Positions 28,176 to 44,098 of a stretch of 64,000 nucleotides of DNA are shown piece after piece. The translations under genes were made by a program, and so were the position numbers. Each line of letters starts with the position of its first letter. Positions within the stretch are counted from its first letter, which is position 1. Source of the DNA: the human T2T-CHM13v2.0 reference genome, Homo sapiens; the NCBI RefSeq assembly GCF_009914755.1, contig NC_060925.1; one strand, 5' to 3'. The notes beneath the pieces were generated by a model. The model saw nothing but the letters and a program-made list of their open reading frames with translations, ran no database searches and was not told where the DNA came from.

Positions 28176-28510
28176 ATGTACACACACACATAAATGTATA
28201 TGTTTAAATATATATATCATATAAATGTATACATCAACATGTAAGTTTTAAAATTAAAATGTGCATATTTATACATATAAATTAAAAGCACTGTCTGCCA
28301 GTCTGGGGTACTTCTCCGTACAAGGAAGAAAGCATGCATATACATACATATATATACACATGCATATATACACATACATACACACACATACATACATACA
28401 TACACAGGCACACACACATATATACACATACATACATTTAAAAATAAATACAGATATTACAAATACATCGATGTATAAATGTTTATATATATATGTATAT
28501 ACATTTAAAA
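28176..28510. repeat. (TA)n/(CATA)n low-complexity tract
   Basis: Degenerate tatacacatacata repeats. Confidence 0.8.
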
Positions 28511-29009
28511 ACAAAAGGCACTCCAACACTCCCCCCAGACAGCAGTGCACAGCCCCTCCTGTCTCCCGCCACGCCATCACACAGGGCTCCTCCCTCCCCT
28601 GCAGACCCCACGCTTTCCCTGGGAATGGGGGGTAGAATGCAAATTCTTACAAATCTGGCACATTCGGTAAATACTGATCTGAAGAGAAAAAGACACATAA
28701 GGGGAGGGAGGAGATGCAAAGACACGTGGTGTTTCTAACACAGGGGCATGGCTACGGCTTTCTGGCTTTCATTTTCTGGTAAGTTGAGGCGGTTTTGTAA
28801 GTAAAACGCTTTCATCACTTGGGGCCTGAAAAATTCCACCTAGGAAAAAGCAATTTTCATTAAACGTTCCCTATGTAGTCACTTTATGGTGACTAGGGAC
28901 TACATCTGAAGGGGCTTATTCATATAATTTCACATATAGGATAAAACCTCACAATTTTTGACTAATGCAGCCCTTTGAATACACACACACACACCTCCCC
29001 GCCCCCCCA

Positions 29010-29343
29010 CAAGATGTTTCAGTCAACAATGAACTGCATATAGGATGGTGGTCCCATGTAATTATAACACTGTATTTTTCCTGTACCTTTTCTATGTTTA
29101 GATATGTTTGGATGCACAAATACTTACCATTACGCTACACTTGCCTATTGTACTGTATTCAGTACAGTCACATGCTGCACAGGTTTGTAGTCTAGGAGCG
29201 ATAGGCTATGCCGTATAGCCTAGGTGTGTAGGAGGCTGTGCCATACAGGTTTGTATAAGTATACTGCATGATGTCTGCACAACAAAATTACCTAATGATG
29301 CATTTCTCAGAATGTATCTCTGTCATTAAGTGAAGCATGACTC
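29010..29343 (-). mobile_element. Tigger3a/MER7-like TcMar MITE
   Basis: tgtaccttttctatgtttagata, aaatacttaccatt, tatagcctaggtgtgtag, gcatttctcagaatgtatc...aagtgaagcatgact. Confidence 0.82.
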
Positions 29344-29473
29344 TGTGTGTGTACACACATATATTTTTAAAGAGCTATGGCTTACAATTCTATGTAGTAA
29401 CCTAAGATACACTAACTATATGTAGAGATTTGTAAGAGACAAAATTTGCTTCTATTGCATCTGTATATTGATT

Positions 29474-29773
29474 TTTCTTTTCTTTTTTTTTTTGAGATGG
29501 AGTCTCTGTCACCCAGGCTAGAGTGCACTGGTGCAATCTCAGCTCACTGAAACCTCCACCTCCCAGGTTCAAGCAATTCTCCTGCCTCAGCCTCCTGAGT
29601 AGCTGGCATTACAGATGCCCGCCACCACGCCTGGCTAATTTTTGTATTTTTAGTAGAGACGGGGTTTTGCCTATCTCTGCCCAGGCTGGTCTCCAACTTC
29701 TGACCTCAAGAGATTGGCCCGCCTTGGCCTCCCAAAGTGCTGGGATTACAGGTGTGAGCCACCGCGCCCGGCC
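29474..29773 (-). mobile_element. AluS
   Basis: Full dimer; TSD ctgt(a/g)tat(t/c)gatt. Confidence 0.9.
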
Positions 29774-30828
29774 TGTGTATCGATTGCTAACAAAAGTTGT
29801 TCTCATTCTTCAGATTTTAATCATCACTCTCTCCAACCTTCCTTTATTACTGATTTAGACAGTTTCTGAAAAACAAGTTTCTGCAGAAAAATTAAGAGAG
29901 ATAATGTGTATGAGACAGCCCAAGTTTTAGAATCAGAGTGATGGATGGGGCTCTGACACCCCAAATTTACTTCTAGCTAACTGCACAGTCTTAGAGGAAT
30001 TTCTTAATCCCTCCTAGCTCTAGTTTTCTTGTAAAAATGGACACAGGAATACCTACTTTGAAAGGTTGTCATGCAGCGTGAAATAAATGAGATCATGTGA
30101 ATAATGCACCTCACCTGATGCCTGGCCCTAAGGGAGGTTCCTGAGGCTTGGTAACTTTTACCAAGATATCATCAACAGAAATTCATTGACAGCCAGGCCG
30201 AGGGCTTTCCAAGGAAGACTCTAACTATCTGCATTTTACAGAAGCAACAGTGGCCTGGAGGGTAAAGTGGCACCACATACATCACTTTCACCAACCATTT
30301 TTTGGGCACCAAACAGGTCTTGGAGGAAGAGGCCCTGGCTGGCATGACGATGAGGCCAGGATGAATGAGGGCCGATTCCGCAGGTGTAGCCTGAAGCTCC
30401 ACACCTACTCCTAATGAAAATCATTTTATTTCAGCACAGCCTTGCAGCCTCCGGTGGGTGCAGCCGTCAATTATTCAAGGATAGTGCTCAAAGAGGAGGA
30501 AAACCAGCATTTTAATTGCTACATCATGCTGACGAAGCAGAATGGAATTTTCTCTGCTTAAAGTTATGTTTAAAGTAATTTTGCCCCCCAGGCCATTTCA
30601 AAATGAATTCACATGCAACCCCTGGCCTGGGCCAGCTGCTTCATGAAGGAACTGGGAAGCAGCCAGCTCCCTCTTAACTGTTTGGTTTTGATTTACAAGC
30701 ATTCTCTAAGGCCTCTTTGAGTTGCTGGGATTACTGGGATTTGAGAAGTCCTGGCACAGGTGAATCACTGTGACCTGTGGAGGGAGGGAGGGAGGGAAGG
30801 AAGGAAAGAAATGCTATTCAGGAGTCAG

Positions 30829-31190
30829 TGATATGGTCTGGCTCTGTGTCCCCACCCAAATCTCATCTTGAATTGTAATCCCCACGTGTTGGGGAGGGAC
30901 CTCCATGGGAGGTGACTGTATCATGGGGGCGGGTCCCCCATGCTGTTCTCGTGATAGTGAGTGAATCTCACAAGATCTGACAGTTTTATAATTGTCTGGC
31001 ATTTCCCCTGCTTGCACTTCTCCTTCCTGCTGCTCTGTGAAGAAGGTGCCTTTCTTCCCCTTCCGCCATGATTGTAAGTTTCCTGAGGTCTTCGAAACCA
31101 TGTGAACTGTGAGTTAATGAAACCTCTTTTCTTTATAGATTATCCACCCTCAGGTATTTCTTCATAGCAGCATGAGAACGGACTAATACA
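30829..31190 (+). mobile_element. THE1 (MaLR) solo LTR
   Basis: tgatatggtctggctctgtgtccccacccaaatctc...ggactaataca, 362 bp with TG...CA ends; 5-bp TSD gtcag/gttag. Confidence 0.9.
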
Positions 31191-33709
31191 GTTAGTCCTT
31201 ATCAACAACTTAATCACAGGACCATTGAACAATATGGCCCTGGCATGGGCAGCACCCCCAGCCAAGATAAGACTCGGATCCGTTTATGAGAGCTTCCCAG
31301 GTATTACCCATGTAATCCTCACAACATCTACGTGAGGCATCATCCCATTCGGCAATTGAGGAAATGGGACCTCAGAATTGGAAGGACGCAGCCCAAGGGC
31401 ATCCACTCTAAGTGACTCACAGCTGGGGAGGCCTTCCTCCCAGGCCAGCCTGAGTGCACCTGCTGTGGTTACTAGCAGCAGCCCTTCTGTCCCTTTTACG
31501 TGGCTCTCCTACACATGGTACCTACATACGACTGAAGTCACGGGATGGTCTTCCCATCACCTCCTCCCTCTTCCAAACACAAAACTTCCCTCCACCTCCA
31601 CAGTGCTCATGTGTTGCGGGGGATAACGCAGGATGAAAATGCATATCTACAGTAACTCTGAAGGGGAAGGGAGAACCTATGTGGGTTTAAAAAAAAATTA
31701 AAAAGCAAAGGCAGAATGGAATTGGGAAGGAGGAGGTGGAGGAGACCTAGAGGAGGAAGAGGAGGTGCTGCTTGAGTGTGCCTCGGTGTCTGGGCTAGGA
31801 TGAAGGGTTGTGCATGCTGATGGTGCATTGCCAGACAAAACTCATACTGCCATGTCCTTTCCTTCCCCCACCGCACCAGGCCATTCATGTCAAGGCCCCC
31901 ATCACACCACCTACCTGGGTTCCCCACTCCCTCAGACCCAGGGCAGCATGTATAGTGGCTTGGTAATGCCCAATCCCACAAAGGGATCCCCTCTCTCCCT
32001 GTTCCCAAGAGAGGAAACAGATTCCCTCTTCTCAGCAGTGACTAGAAAAGGAGATGTTCCATTTATAAAGGGGATTGTAACACAAGGGCAATTATGGAAA
32101 CCACTCATTCAATGGACATTTGATCCTGAAAGTCGAAAGGAGTAAGACTTGATATTCCCTCCCCAGGAGCTGACTGGGAGTAAGAGCAGCAGGCAGCAGG
32201 AGCTGGGACCCAGGCTCAGAGGAGAGCTGTGCCTACAAGAAGGGCCCCAAACCCAGGCCTCAGGGTAGGCAGGATCCTGAAGGCTTCCTGGAGGCCTTGT
32301 CTGAGATGGGCTTAAAAGGGTGACTGGTAAAAAGCCATCAGCCCCAGTGGGGAGTTGCGGGGTATTTCCAGCAGTGAGAGCATCTCACGCAAAGGTCCTG
32401 TGGCCAGACAGAATGCCTTGAATTTAGTGCAACTGAGCAGGAAGGGGAGTGGGTGGGGCTGGAGGCATCAGTGGGGCGTGAGGGTCTGGTCGATGTCACA
32501 GGGCTCAGACTTGCCCAAGGGCGCGGGAAGCCAGTGAAGGGCTGTGAGCACCACGTGACCATGCTCTTGCAACTTCAGCAGGCTCACTCTGCTGCACGAG
32601 AGGTTGGGGGAGGATCTGATGGCTGTTCCCCAAATCAGGTGAGACCTGGCTGGGATTTAGCTTCCTCTACCAGCTCCTTCACCTCCATGCTCTGCACTGA
32701 GTTTCCCCACGGGTGTGCAGGGCACGAGGAATGGATTATAGGGCGGCCGAGGCGTCGACTCCATCCACAGCTGTCGCTGCCTCTGGCCTGGATGACAGAC
32801 AGTTGTGGAGGCTTGCCGGGGAAGCCTGTGTCAGACCTGGACCGTGGCAAGCTCTTTCCCGCCTCAAGGCCTGATCCTCCTGGAAGGAAGCCCTCTTGGG
32901 GCTCCAGCTTCATGAAGCATCACCTTCTGGGGGAACCTCCTGACCCCCAGGCCAGCTTCTTCATCTCAGCCCTGACTCGGTGCCTCTCCTTGGGTTTAGC
33001 ACAGTTCACAGCTGTCCCATCGGCCACTCATGCTCGTTTTTGGTCTGCTTGTGTGGCCCGTCTCCCGACCCCAGCTAAAGTGTGAAAGCAGAGGTCAGGG
33101 TTGGTGTGTTCTGTGTCCTTGGAGCCTCGTATACAGCATGTTTACCTCTTAAACCTGTTGACCGTTGGATGACAAAGGGGAGGGGAGAGGCCTTGGCCCA
33201 CCCAAGGGGAGGAGCATCTTTTCTGTGTTCAGTGGGAAGCATCGGGTCTCTATGGCAACAGTCCCCGTGCTAATGCCTGGTGACAAGGTTAGGTCAGCCA
33301 GGGACACCTGTGCATATGGGGAGGCCTGAGTGGGTGGGTGGGACGAGTGGTGAAAGTACAGTGGGCACACCTCTCGGTCACATCCCTGAGGATGCCCACG
33401 CCATCTAGGAAATCAAGTGGGGGTGGGCCTACTGAGTCCCAGGTGAGAGATGGCCTGAGAATTCAGGACACACAACCTCTCTGCATCTCAGTTTCTTTAT
33501 TGATCAAGTGGGAACCACCACCCCACAGCGGGTAAGAAGATCACATGACCTCGCACACACAGGCAAGAAGGCAGCTCTGGGCCTTAGCGATGCAGGTCCT
33601 GGGGGCCGCTCCTGCTCTCTGCCTTCATTCAGATCTGGAGGCCAGCTAAGCGCCCCACAGGTGGGACTAATCCCCACCCTTGCCCCATCGGGAAGAAAAG
33701 GATGGCTTT

Positions 33710-34044
<335 letters not shown>

Positions 34045-35138
34045 TCAAGCACTGGTTTTGCAGGGGTCAGTGAAAAGGGAATTTTGCATATGCTGATATT
34101 TTTTGGTGCAAACTGTCAGCCGTTTTGTGATATAGATAGAATCAATTAATATTTTAAATGAAGGGCTTAAGAGGATGGAATCATTTATCTCCAGGCTAAA
34201 TCAAACAGGTACAAAAATATAACCAGAATGTCCTGCAACACCACAAAAATATTCCTATCATTTGAGACACAAAGTTACACTCCCTAAAAGGGCAATGTAG
34301 GAAACAGCCAATCTCGTTGTTTTCTCAATGCCAGCTGCAGCTGGTACTTATCTTCAGCTAAAGTAATCACCATTTCTCTCGCATCCCTTTTTCCTTCCCC
34401 CTTGTGGCTGAGATGAAGGACAAGCCTATTGTCTAGTTAGTAAACACCTGGGGTCCAAGTCTCAACTGTAGAATTCAGTCACTCAGTCACGAGTGCCTCA
34501 AAGACTTTTTCCCTTGTTCAATCTCTTTGTTCACAACTAAGTGACCAAAGTGAACAAACTTGATTCTCAGCTCTATCGGGGTACTCCCGTGGGGGTAGGT
34601 GCCCGTGGGGTTGAGTCCTGGCTCACTTCCGGACACCACTGGGTTTGGCACCCTTCGATCTGGGTAGCCAGGTGAAATAACTTACACCTAATTCACTGGA
34701 TGGCTGTGAGGAGTGTGAAGGCTTCCCCTTTCTGCATAGGTCTGACCTACATGCCTACCAATATTCCAAAATTATGTTCAGATTAGTGTTAACCTCCTAA
34801 ATGGTATCTTCCAAGCAAGGACATCTGAAGCTGCTAACCATTCCGTACAGCCCTTAGAAAACATGCAGAAACTGCCAGAAAACCCCAAGTATAGCTTCAG
34901 TCGCATAAATGTATCAAGCAGCAGGGCTTTCTTGTTAGGAATAGAGAAGGTACACTCTGCGTGCATGTGCACGTGTGTGTCTGTGCACTTGGAAGGTATT
35001 CCTCATGCTAACGCAACACAGTGGTTGGCAAAGAAGTTAGCAATAAAAATAAAATAGCTTTAGAATCAGCATCTGAGCTGAAGTTGTTCACAGGAAATAT
35101 GAACCATAGAATAGTTGCACATAGTCCCTAAAGGTTTA

Positions 35139-35743
<605 letters not shown>

Positions 35744-37829
35744 TCAATTGGCTAATATAGATATTAAATCCATAACCTTGACTAGAGGTCACATGACAAA
35801 GGGCTGGTGGACAGAAAAGGGGTGACAATGCCCCCAAAGCCCAATGTACCAACGATTTAAAGGCAGCTAACCTTCAAAACCATTTATCATACAAGGCACC
35901 CGTACACATAAAAGAGCCACTCTCAACACGACACGTGAGATTTCATTTCTGTGTGATGGCCAACTCAAGTGCCTTCCACCTGCAGATGACCTACTTAAAA
36001 ACATCTCTCAGGAGTGCTCTGCTAGGCAGAGGTGGGCTTGACCATCTCTGAGGGCACGAAGTGAACCATGGAGCAGCGGAAAATAAAGGCTGGCTGAGTC
36101 TTCTCCAAGGTGAGCACTACACTGCCACATGCTCGGCTCGAGGGCCCTCCAGTCAAAATCCCCGTCACATGTACCTCCTCCCATGGGGGTCCCACCTCTA
36201 TGTGGAGTAGCAGCATTTGACATTCTATGTCATGTGGATGAACGACTCTTTGGATGTTGTCAGTGGGCAGAGATCAGGTCATGTATGTTTACACAGATGG
36301 AACAAAGGATTTTTACCCCTTCAGCCAGATCTGGGACTCAATGTAAACAGCAAGATAACAACACAGGAAGGGTTGCAAACATTGTGCCTAGCACAGGGAT
36401 GACAGCAGGGCGAATCCTGTAATGTCAAATGTCAGTCAAATGAATGAACTCCTGCCAACAGAAAGCCCCATTGTGATTTGATTCCCTTACCAGCAATAAA
36501 CTAAAAGGCCAGGAGGGGACAGGGCTAATCCGTGGCAATTTGTGAGTCCTGCCATGCCTATGTGTGCTATGGTTCTCTTCAGTCCAGGCTGCTCATTAGA
36601 AAGCTCATCTGCTCTCCTCTTGACCAAGCTCATCCAGTAAGATATTAATACTTTGCTACCCAAACCATAGATTTCACTCATCCTTAGTACAAAACTAAAA
36701 CATAGTGCTGTCTGTAGGGATGAAAGATGGATTACCTGCAGATGGGGCTGGGGGGTGGTGGGGCTGGATCCTGTTCCTGTTTTTTTTCCACTATCTATCT
36801 GACTTCTGAGAAGCTGCAGTGTCTCTAGGTTTCAGTTTTTTCACTGGTAACTTGCCTATCTACCCAGCCTTATTTACCTTCTGAGACTAATTATAAGACA
36901 ATCATAAGTACCTTGAGGAATGTAAATTATTATGCAAAAACCTCACATTATTATTCTGAACTAGTTGCTGTCCAGCAAAGCTGAGGTCCTGGACCAGGCT
37001 CCAACTCCTGGATTCATGAGATGTGTGACCTTGGCCAAGTTACTGTGTACCTCTTTCAGCCTTGGTCTCCTTGTTGGTAAAGTGAAGACAGCCATGGTGT
37101 GGAATTCACAGAGCTGGTGTGAGGATTAAGTGGGATGAGGTGGCTTGCATGGTGCCTGATTTCTAGTAATGCCCCATAAATGGTATCTGATCACACCCAC
37201 GACAGCATTGCTAATCCCTCATCACAGGTTTCTGTCCCCCTTCCCGGGAGCCGACGTACAGATGGCTGTTACGAAACAGCCGCCGTAGCCACCACAGTTT
37301 ATATTTCATTTAGGCACTGTGTCTACTTCTCACGAGTTCATATTTTTAAAGCCTCTGCTTGGGTACCAAAAGGACGGCAGAAGTGTTTTTCCCACTTCCG
37401 TGGGACCTGACGAGGAGGAAGGTGGGGGTGAGGAGAGGCCCCATTTCATACACAGCGACCCACTGAGATGGGAGGGACCACCCAGGTAACTTGCTAATTT
37501 CTTCCACGACTTCTCAGCTTTCTCCCTCCCCGCTTATTGCTCCAGCTACACCCTCTGTAGCTCTTCAGTCGCAATCAAATTGGGTCCATTTCAGTTTTCC
37601 TTCTACTCGGGCCGCTGTTTCTTCAGGCTCCTTCCCCAGGCCTGCCTCCTCTTGTTCACTGGGCCCCAGCTGAGGCCACCGATGCCCCCAACGTGCCAAA
37701 CCATGTACCATGGCACACGTCCTCCTGCCCTCCAGGGACCACCCTAGTCCTTCCTCCATGAAAGGCAATGGAGAAAGGGACTACGTCACCAGCCATGTAG
37801 GGAGCAATCTGAGTGATAAAAAGGATGCT

Positions 37830-38122
<293 letters not shown>

Positions 38123-41100
38123 AAAAAGGGTGCTCCGTCATCTAGGCTTCAAGAATTATACTCCAACAATGTCCTTGACAGAAAAAAACACTCCGGCATA
38201 CTCCGTGGAGGCTCTTCATCATATCAACCACTACAAAGAGCATTCTCGCAACAGCCAAGCACAGGGCTACCAGACTCCCGCTCTGCAGGTGAATGCAGAG
38301 GCTCGGGGAAGAGAACTTGCTCAAGGTCATGCAAGCTGGCACACCAAGGAGCTCAAGGTCCTGCAAGCTGGACACCAAGGAGCTGGGGGTTCTCTTCCCC
38401 ACGCCACACCACACCCCACATAGGCAGGAATGAATACTCCCTGGAAGGCTGGGTCTTTTTAGCTCTGTGGTTGCTTCTGATTTTCCACGGATGTGCTCAA
38501 GTTCTGACCACACAGATGGTGGTGGTGAGGAGGAGGCTGCGGAGGAGGAATAAGGTGGAGGAGAGAGAAGGCTTGGGGAGATGGATAAAAGCTGAAAGCT
38601 GACCACTGAAATATACATGGACTTGGGATTTTTTCCATGCCTAAAATAAATTCTTAGAAATGTGTGTTGCTGAGGCCAAGTGGCCCCTCCCCAAAAAGCA
38701 ACCGGGAAGAGTGTGGGGCCCGGCAGGGCAGGACCAAGGAGTCTGACTGCTAAAGTGCAAACATGAAATTTTTAGAGGAAGTCAGCAGGGATTGGGATTC
38801 TGTCATTTATGGTGAATCCCTAGGGAGGGGTTAAAAGAAAAAGTGTGTGTAAGGTCCACACTGTCTGTCCTGTTCCTGGCTGCATCTTCAGGGCTTAGAA
38901 CAGTGTCTGGCCCCTGGGGCGCCTCTTGCGAAGTGAGTCAATGAGTGGGGAAATGAAATGACGCAGGGAGATGATGACTCTTCAGGGCTTGAGCGTAGTC
39001 AGCAGCATCCCTGCAGCACACACAGAAAGTCAAAGGCATGAAGGTGCTTGCTAGAAAATGCTGAGGGAGAGAAGAAAAAGACACAGGGACAGGGTCCGTA
39101 ATGCCTGGGCCAGGTCTAGGGTGAGGAACCCCTTCTGGCAGCCCGAAGTACAGGCAGGTCCTGCTCTGGTGAGGCCGGGGAAACGTGTGTGGGTATGTGA
39201 GTGAGCATGCACATGCAGAGGTAGGGTGTGCGCTGGGCCCAGGCCTCTTGATCCCCAAGATCTTGGAATGTAGGCCTTTGTTCTTATACACAAGTGAGGT
39301 TCAACACACAGTCTCAGGGATACACAGAATTGGTTGGACATAAAAATGTGCTACCATTTTTGTAACCCTATCTTAGCACTGAAAAAATATTGGGAGCCCA
39401 AAGAAGCAAATGAACAAAAAGGAAGTGGCACAAGCCCTGTCTTGACCTCTGGAAGGCCTTGGCCACAGGCCAGACAGAATGAGAGTCTCGGGTGAAGCCA
39501 GAAGACTGCAAGGCCCCAAAGGGTCTGGCTCTTTCCAACCCAAATGAAAATGTATGTGTCACATCACAAGGTGAACCCAGACCGTGGATGTGGAGGAGAG
39601 ACCTGAAGACTTCCACCCCAGGACAGGAATCCCGCTTAAGAAGCAGCTCCTTGGAAGCAATGTCAAGGTTATACATTAGGACAATGATGAAGACATCAAC
39701 GAAATCCACGTGCAGCCACACCTATAAGACAGGCTCACGGGTCAGGGGGACTGCTTGCCCTCTGCTCACCCCTCCATGACCAGGGGCATGGGCCAGGTCA
39801 CAGGCACCCCTCCCCATCCCGGGCAGCTTGCTCTGCCTGGCAGGTGCATCACCCTGAGAAACACACTGCACAGGGCTGGAATCACTGGTGCAATCCATTA
39901 CCTGCTTTAACAGCCATGCCAGTCACCTGCCAAAGGTGCGCAGCCCTGCTCTGATTGACCCCACACACCTGGCTCCATCTCTTCCCCCATCAGGCCCTCT
40001 GTGCTTACTCCGAGTGTCTGTGTGTGTGCTGGGGACAGGGAGAGAGTGTGTCACAATATATCTGGGGTCAGAGGCAGTAGGAAGGGTCCATGGGCAGGAT
40101 CCTGATCCCTTTCCACAACCCTGGGGTACTCATGGCATCCCATGGACAGACAGTGCTGGTCCTATCTCGGCACAACTGGTCCAAGAAAAAATGAAGGCAG
40201 GCTGGAGTTGCTTTCTCCCTGGCTACTAATTATATCCCTAGAATTCCCTGCATACCCACCCACGCCAGGATGAGAGAGAGAAAGAATGAGAGAAAAGGAA
40301 GAGATAAGGAAAAGGGTAGCTAGGATGGAGACACAGATATCACGATGATGGAAAGGAGAGAAATAATGCACCCCAGCCACTGTCCGCCCAGGGGCAAATA
40401 AGTGACAAGGGCACAGGGCTCAGCTTCCTCATCTCACAAGGAGAGTTAGGTTGATGACAGAGACGGGAGCCTCTGCAGATGCAGAACGTAACACGGAAAA
40501 GGAGACCAGAGGGAAAGGACGGGGATGGAGCTGCAGGGGAGCAGGAAAGATGCTCTGCGTTCCCCTCCAGCCACTGCAGTCAAGACGGGGCAGGGCGCTA
40601 CCTGCCTTGCCCTGACACTGCTGGTCCCATCGTGGCCTCCAGGCTGTTGGCACCATCCTCTTCACATTCCCCATGGAAACAAGGGAAAGGTCAGCGCTGC
40701 GGTTCGTGAGCCGTGGGGACTCTGCCCTTCAGGTCCCACTGTCCCCTCCCCTTTCTCAAAGTCACGCTTCCAGAGCCCAGCTCCAGAAGTGTCGCCAAGG
40801 GAAACATCCTATTTATTTATCAATAAATAGAAGCAAATCATGTGTATTTATTTTGTAGAACCAACATGCATATGGCTGTACGTGTTTATGTGCACGCTTG
40901 TGTTCTGTCTGCTTTGCACATCACTTGATTCACTTATTCTTTGATGACAAATCTATGAGATCTGCACTATTCTTAACACCCATTTATCCAAAGAGGAAAC
41001 TGAGTCAGAGAGGTTAAGGGATGTGCCTTAACTCTTAGCCTCTAATGAGGTCACAGAACTAGTAAGTGGTAGAACTAGAAATAGCCCAGATGGTCCAGCT

Positions 41101-44098
41101 CTGGAGTCTCTGCCCTTGACCACCACACTGTGGTCTTACTGGGAGACTGTGCTGTTCCAATGCCCTCACAGCCTCAACGCAGGTGGCTAAGAGCTGAAGG
41201 AGAACTCTATGGAAATGGCACGGAAAGCCAAGAGCCCCTTTGGTGTTCACCTCTCGAAGCTGCCCGTCTGTGATCTGGTCCCATGTATTAGATAGAACGA
41301 AAGCCCTCAGGCACAGACAGAGTAGGCACTCAAAACATGGTTGGCTGAATCACATTTCCTGGTGTGCCCTCAGGGCCTTCTTTTCTCTTCTGAGTCTGGA
41401 CAGGACTGGGGCACTCATAGACCCTCTCCAGAGGGGCACAGTCTGGTCCCTGCTCACTTCAAAAGGAAGACTGATTGTTATTTGTCTAAACTCACCTCAG
41501 CTCCCCAAGACTTCTGTTTGCAAGAGAAGAAGCTCAGACAATTGTCTGTGCATACTTAAAATGAGTTTTAACTTTCAAACCCAAAAGCTATTCTAATTTT
41601 GCCCCATCTTATGGCAATTCTATTTTTTTTCTAAGCTTGCAATTATGCAGTTTCAGGATGGGGTTCTCATAAAAAGGAACACAGCAATGGGACAAGGTGC
41701 CCTTGGATGAGACCCAGTTGCTGGGCAGGAGGGGCAGCTTTCTTGAGATAGTCGGGCCAGGCCATCGAGCCAGTTCCAGGAGCCAGTTTCTGGCCAGTGG
41801 AAGGCAACCAGCTGGGACTTGAGTTCTAATTCAATCAGGGCTATTAAGAAACACCTATTCTTGGAAGAATTGAAGTCACAAAGGTTACTGCCACTTGGCT
41901 CCTGGACACAAGCATTTCACTGCTTAAAAGAGCAGACGAGCATAAACCCAGAGGCAGTTGTTTTGTTCCCAGTAAACTTGTTCAACTTGGACAAGAGTCA
42001 GATTATTCCTTCTGGAAGGCAGCCTCCAAGGTGGATTCTTTAATTCTACAAGGTACTAATTTTGAGGTGTCCGGTAAGTGAAGGGAACACTGACCTTAAT
42101 TTGGAGCTGCCACACCACTGGGGATTTATGCAGGATAACATATTTCCAAGAGAAATTCTACATGTGAGGAAACAGGCACAGAGCTTGCACAAATCACTCA
42201 ACATCATCTACCGAGTGACAGAGCCTGGGTTTGAATCATGATTCCTTCCCGCATGATGCTGCCCTACCGCGGAAGCTCGCCACCTCAGTGCAGTACCTTA
42301 AGTGCTAATAAAATCTGTGGGCAAACTACCTGAGCCCAGAGGATGAGGAGGCTAGTTGGGAATGGAAGAGGAGGGGATGGGAATATAAAAGGTTCCCGTG
42401 GACAGGAAGCCCTACCCAACCAACACTCAGTGGCCCGTATCATCTAAGCGTTCCAATACAGTGCAAGTGATAGCAAGCAGGTCTTTTAGGCGATGCCCCA
42501 AGAGAACTGTCCATGACACACAAAGCAAATGCATTTCTAATGTCATCAGCCCAGAAAAGAACAAGCTGAAGGTGTTTATGATTGAAGAAGCAAGGTGCTC
42601 TGCAGCTCAGCTTTCACTTTCCGGCAAATCAAATCACCCAAGTTAGAGTGCACTGTGAGCCTGTTTACAGAGCAGTTTCGTTGCTGGTGAATTTTTCTGT
42701 ATTCTCTTCCTGTTAAAGGGGATCCCACCTTAGACAGGTCAGTTGCAAAGCATAACACAACCGTTCTTGATCTTCATACAAAAAGACAAACAATCTAGAG
42801 TGAAACATCAAAAGTGAAAGCTGTTAGACGCAGAACACTATAAGCCATACCTAGCAACATGCAAGATAAACGTCCCCCCGCCATCATCCCACGAATGCTC
42901 TCTGATGTGATAAAGAGCTTGCTCCTGGAGAGCACCTCCACGTAAATGCCAAGAACACAGAATACTCCTCTCCAATGGAAACCCTCCAACTGATGTGGAT
43001 ACAGTGGGAAAGGCTGCCCCACTTCTACATAAATCCTAATTATTTCACAGCCTCCTTAGAGATGTTCTCTGCTAACAGACTCCATGAGGGAAACAGTGAT
43101 GGAAATGGAAGTTATTTACTCTACTCACCCTCGTCGCGCCATGGACTCATTTCCTGGACAGAAGATGATCAGAATAAATGATGTGTGAGTCCCTTCAGAG
43201 ATCCTTGCTGTGGTCAACTGAGGTGCTGGGCAATGATGTTTCAGGGCCCTGCAGGTGGCCTTCTTCCTCCCACCTCCTCCCCTGGCCCAGCCTTCCTCTG
43301 TGGTGCATCCCCCTCTCTACGTATCGCCTCCTCCCAGTCTAACTCTGCAGCTCTGCCAAGATCTTGACGGAGAATGAAACACCAGTAGATAAAGCCTTCA
43401 GGTCCCTTCCCAAAGGAGTTTTCACTTTAATAAAGGCTTCATGAATATCAAAGGCTTCAGCTTCCTAAATCACTCCAGTGGTAAGGTGAGAACAGAGTGG
43501 CCGCTAGGTATGGACAATGCCAGTGAGTAGGGTTACAATTCATGCATTTCAGCTTTTGCTCAGGTGCTCACAGGAGTATCACTCAGGGTGTTTCCAAAAC
43601 CACTCTGTGCAGGTGCAACCCGTGTCACCTGCACCTCACACACTCACCTCTTCAGGAATGAGCACAGCAGGACTTTGCACATCACTACACAATAGGTGTC
43701 AATCCCTGATCCAGAGATGGCAAATAGGTTTTGGGTCTTGTGTCGGCCCCAATAGTCTGTAGCTGCCTGCGCATGCTGTTGATGAGGGTTCTGAATCCCT
43801 GCCTGGGGCCTGTGACTGCTGAGCGATAACTGCCATGGGTGAGGGGGACGAGGGTGCCAAGGGCCATGGGGCTGCCATGCTCAGTGGGGGAGGGCAAACC
43901 AGGAAGACACTGTTTCTCCCCAAACATCTGAGCATGCTTAAAAGACCAGCTCCCAGTGTTATTCAGAGCTCAAGAAACATATTTTGTGTTTGTAGAAATA
44001 TAAACAGGTACTAAATTTTTAAGGTGAAATATGACTTTGTAAAATGTTCATATTTTTTGAAGTTATTCTGAAGAAAACAATCAGCGATACATGTGAGG

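Noticed and set aside
32646-32825. Stop-free 180-nt phase 1-1 potential cassette exon in intron 1
   Set aside because: Weak donor (gtctca), no polypyrimidine tract, and no transposase-like content.
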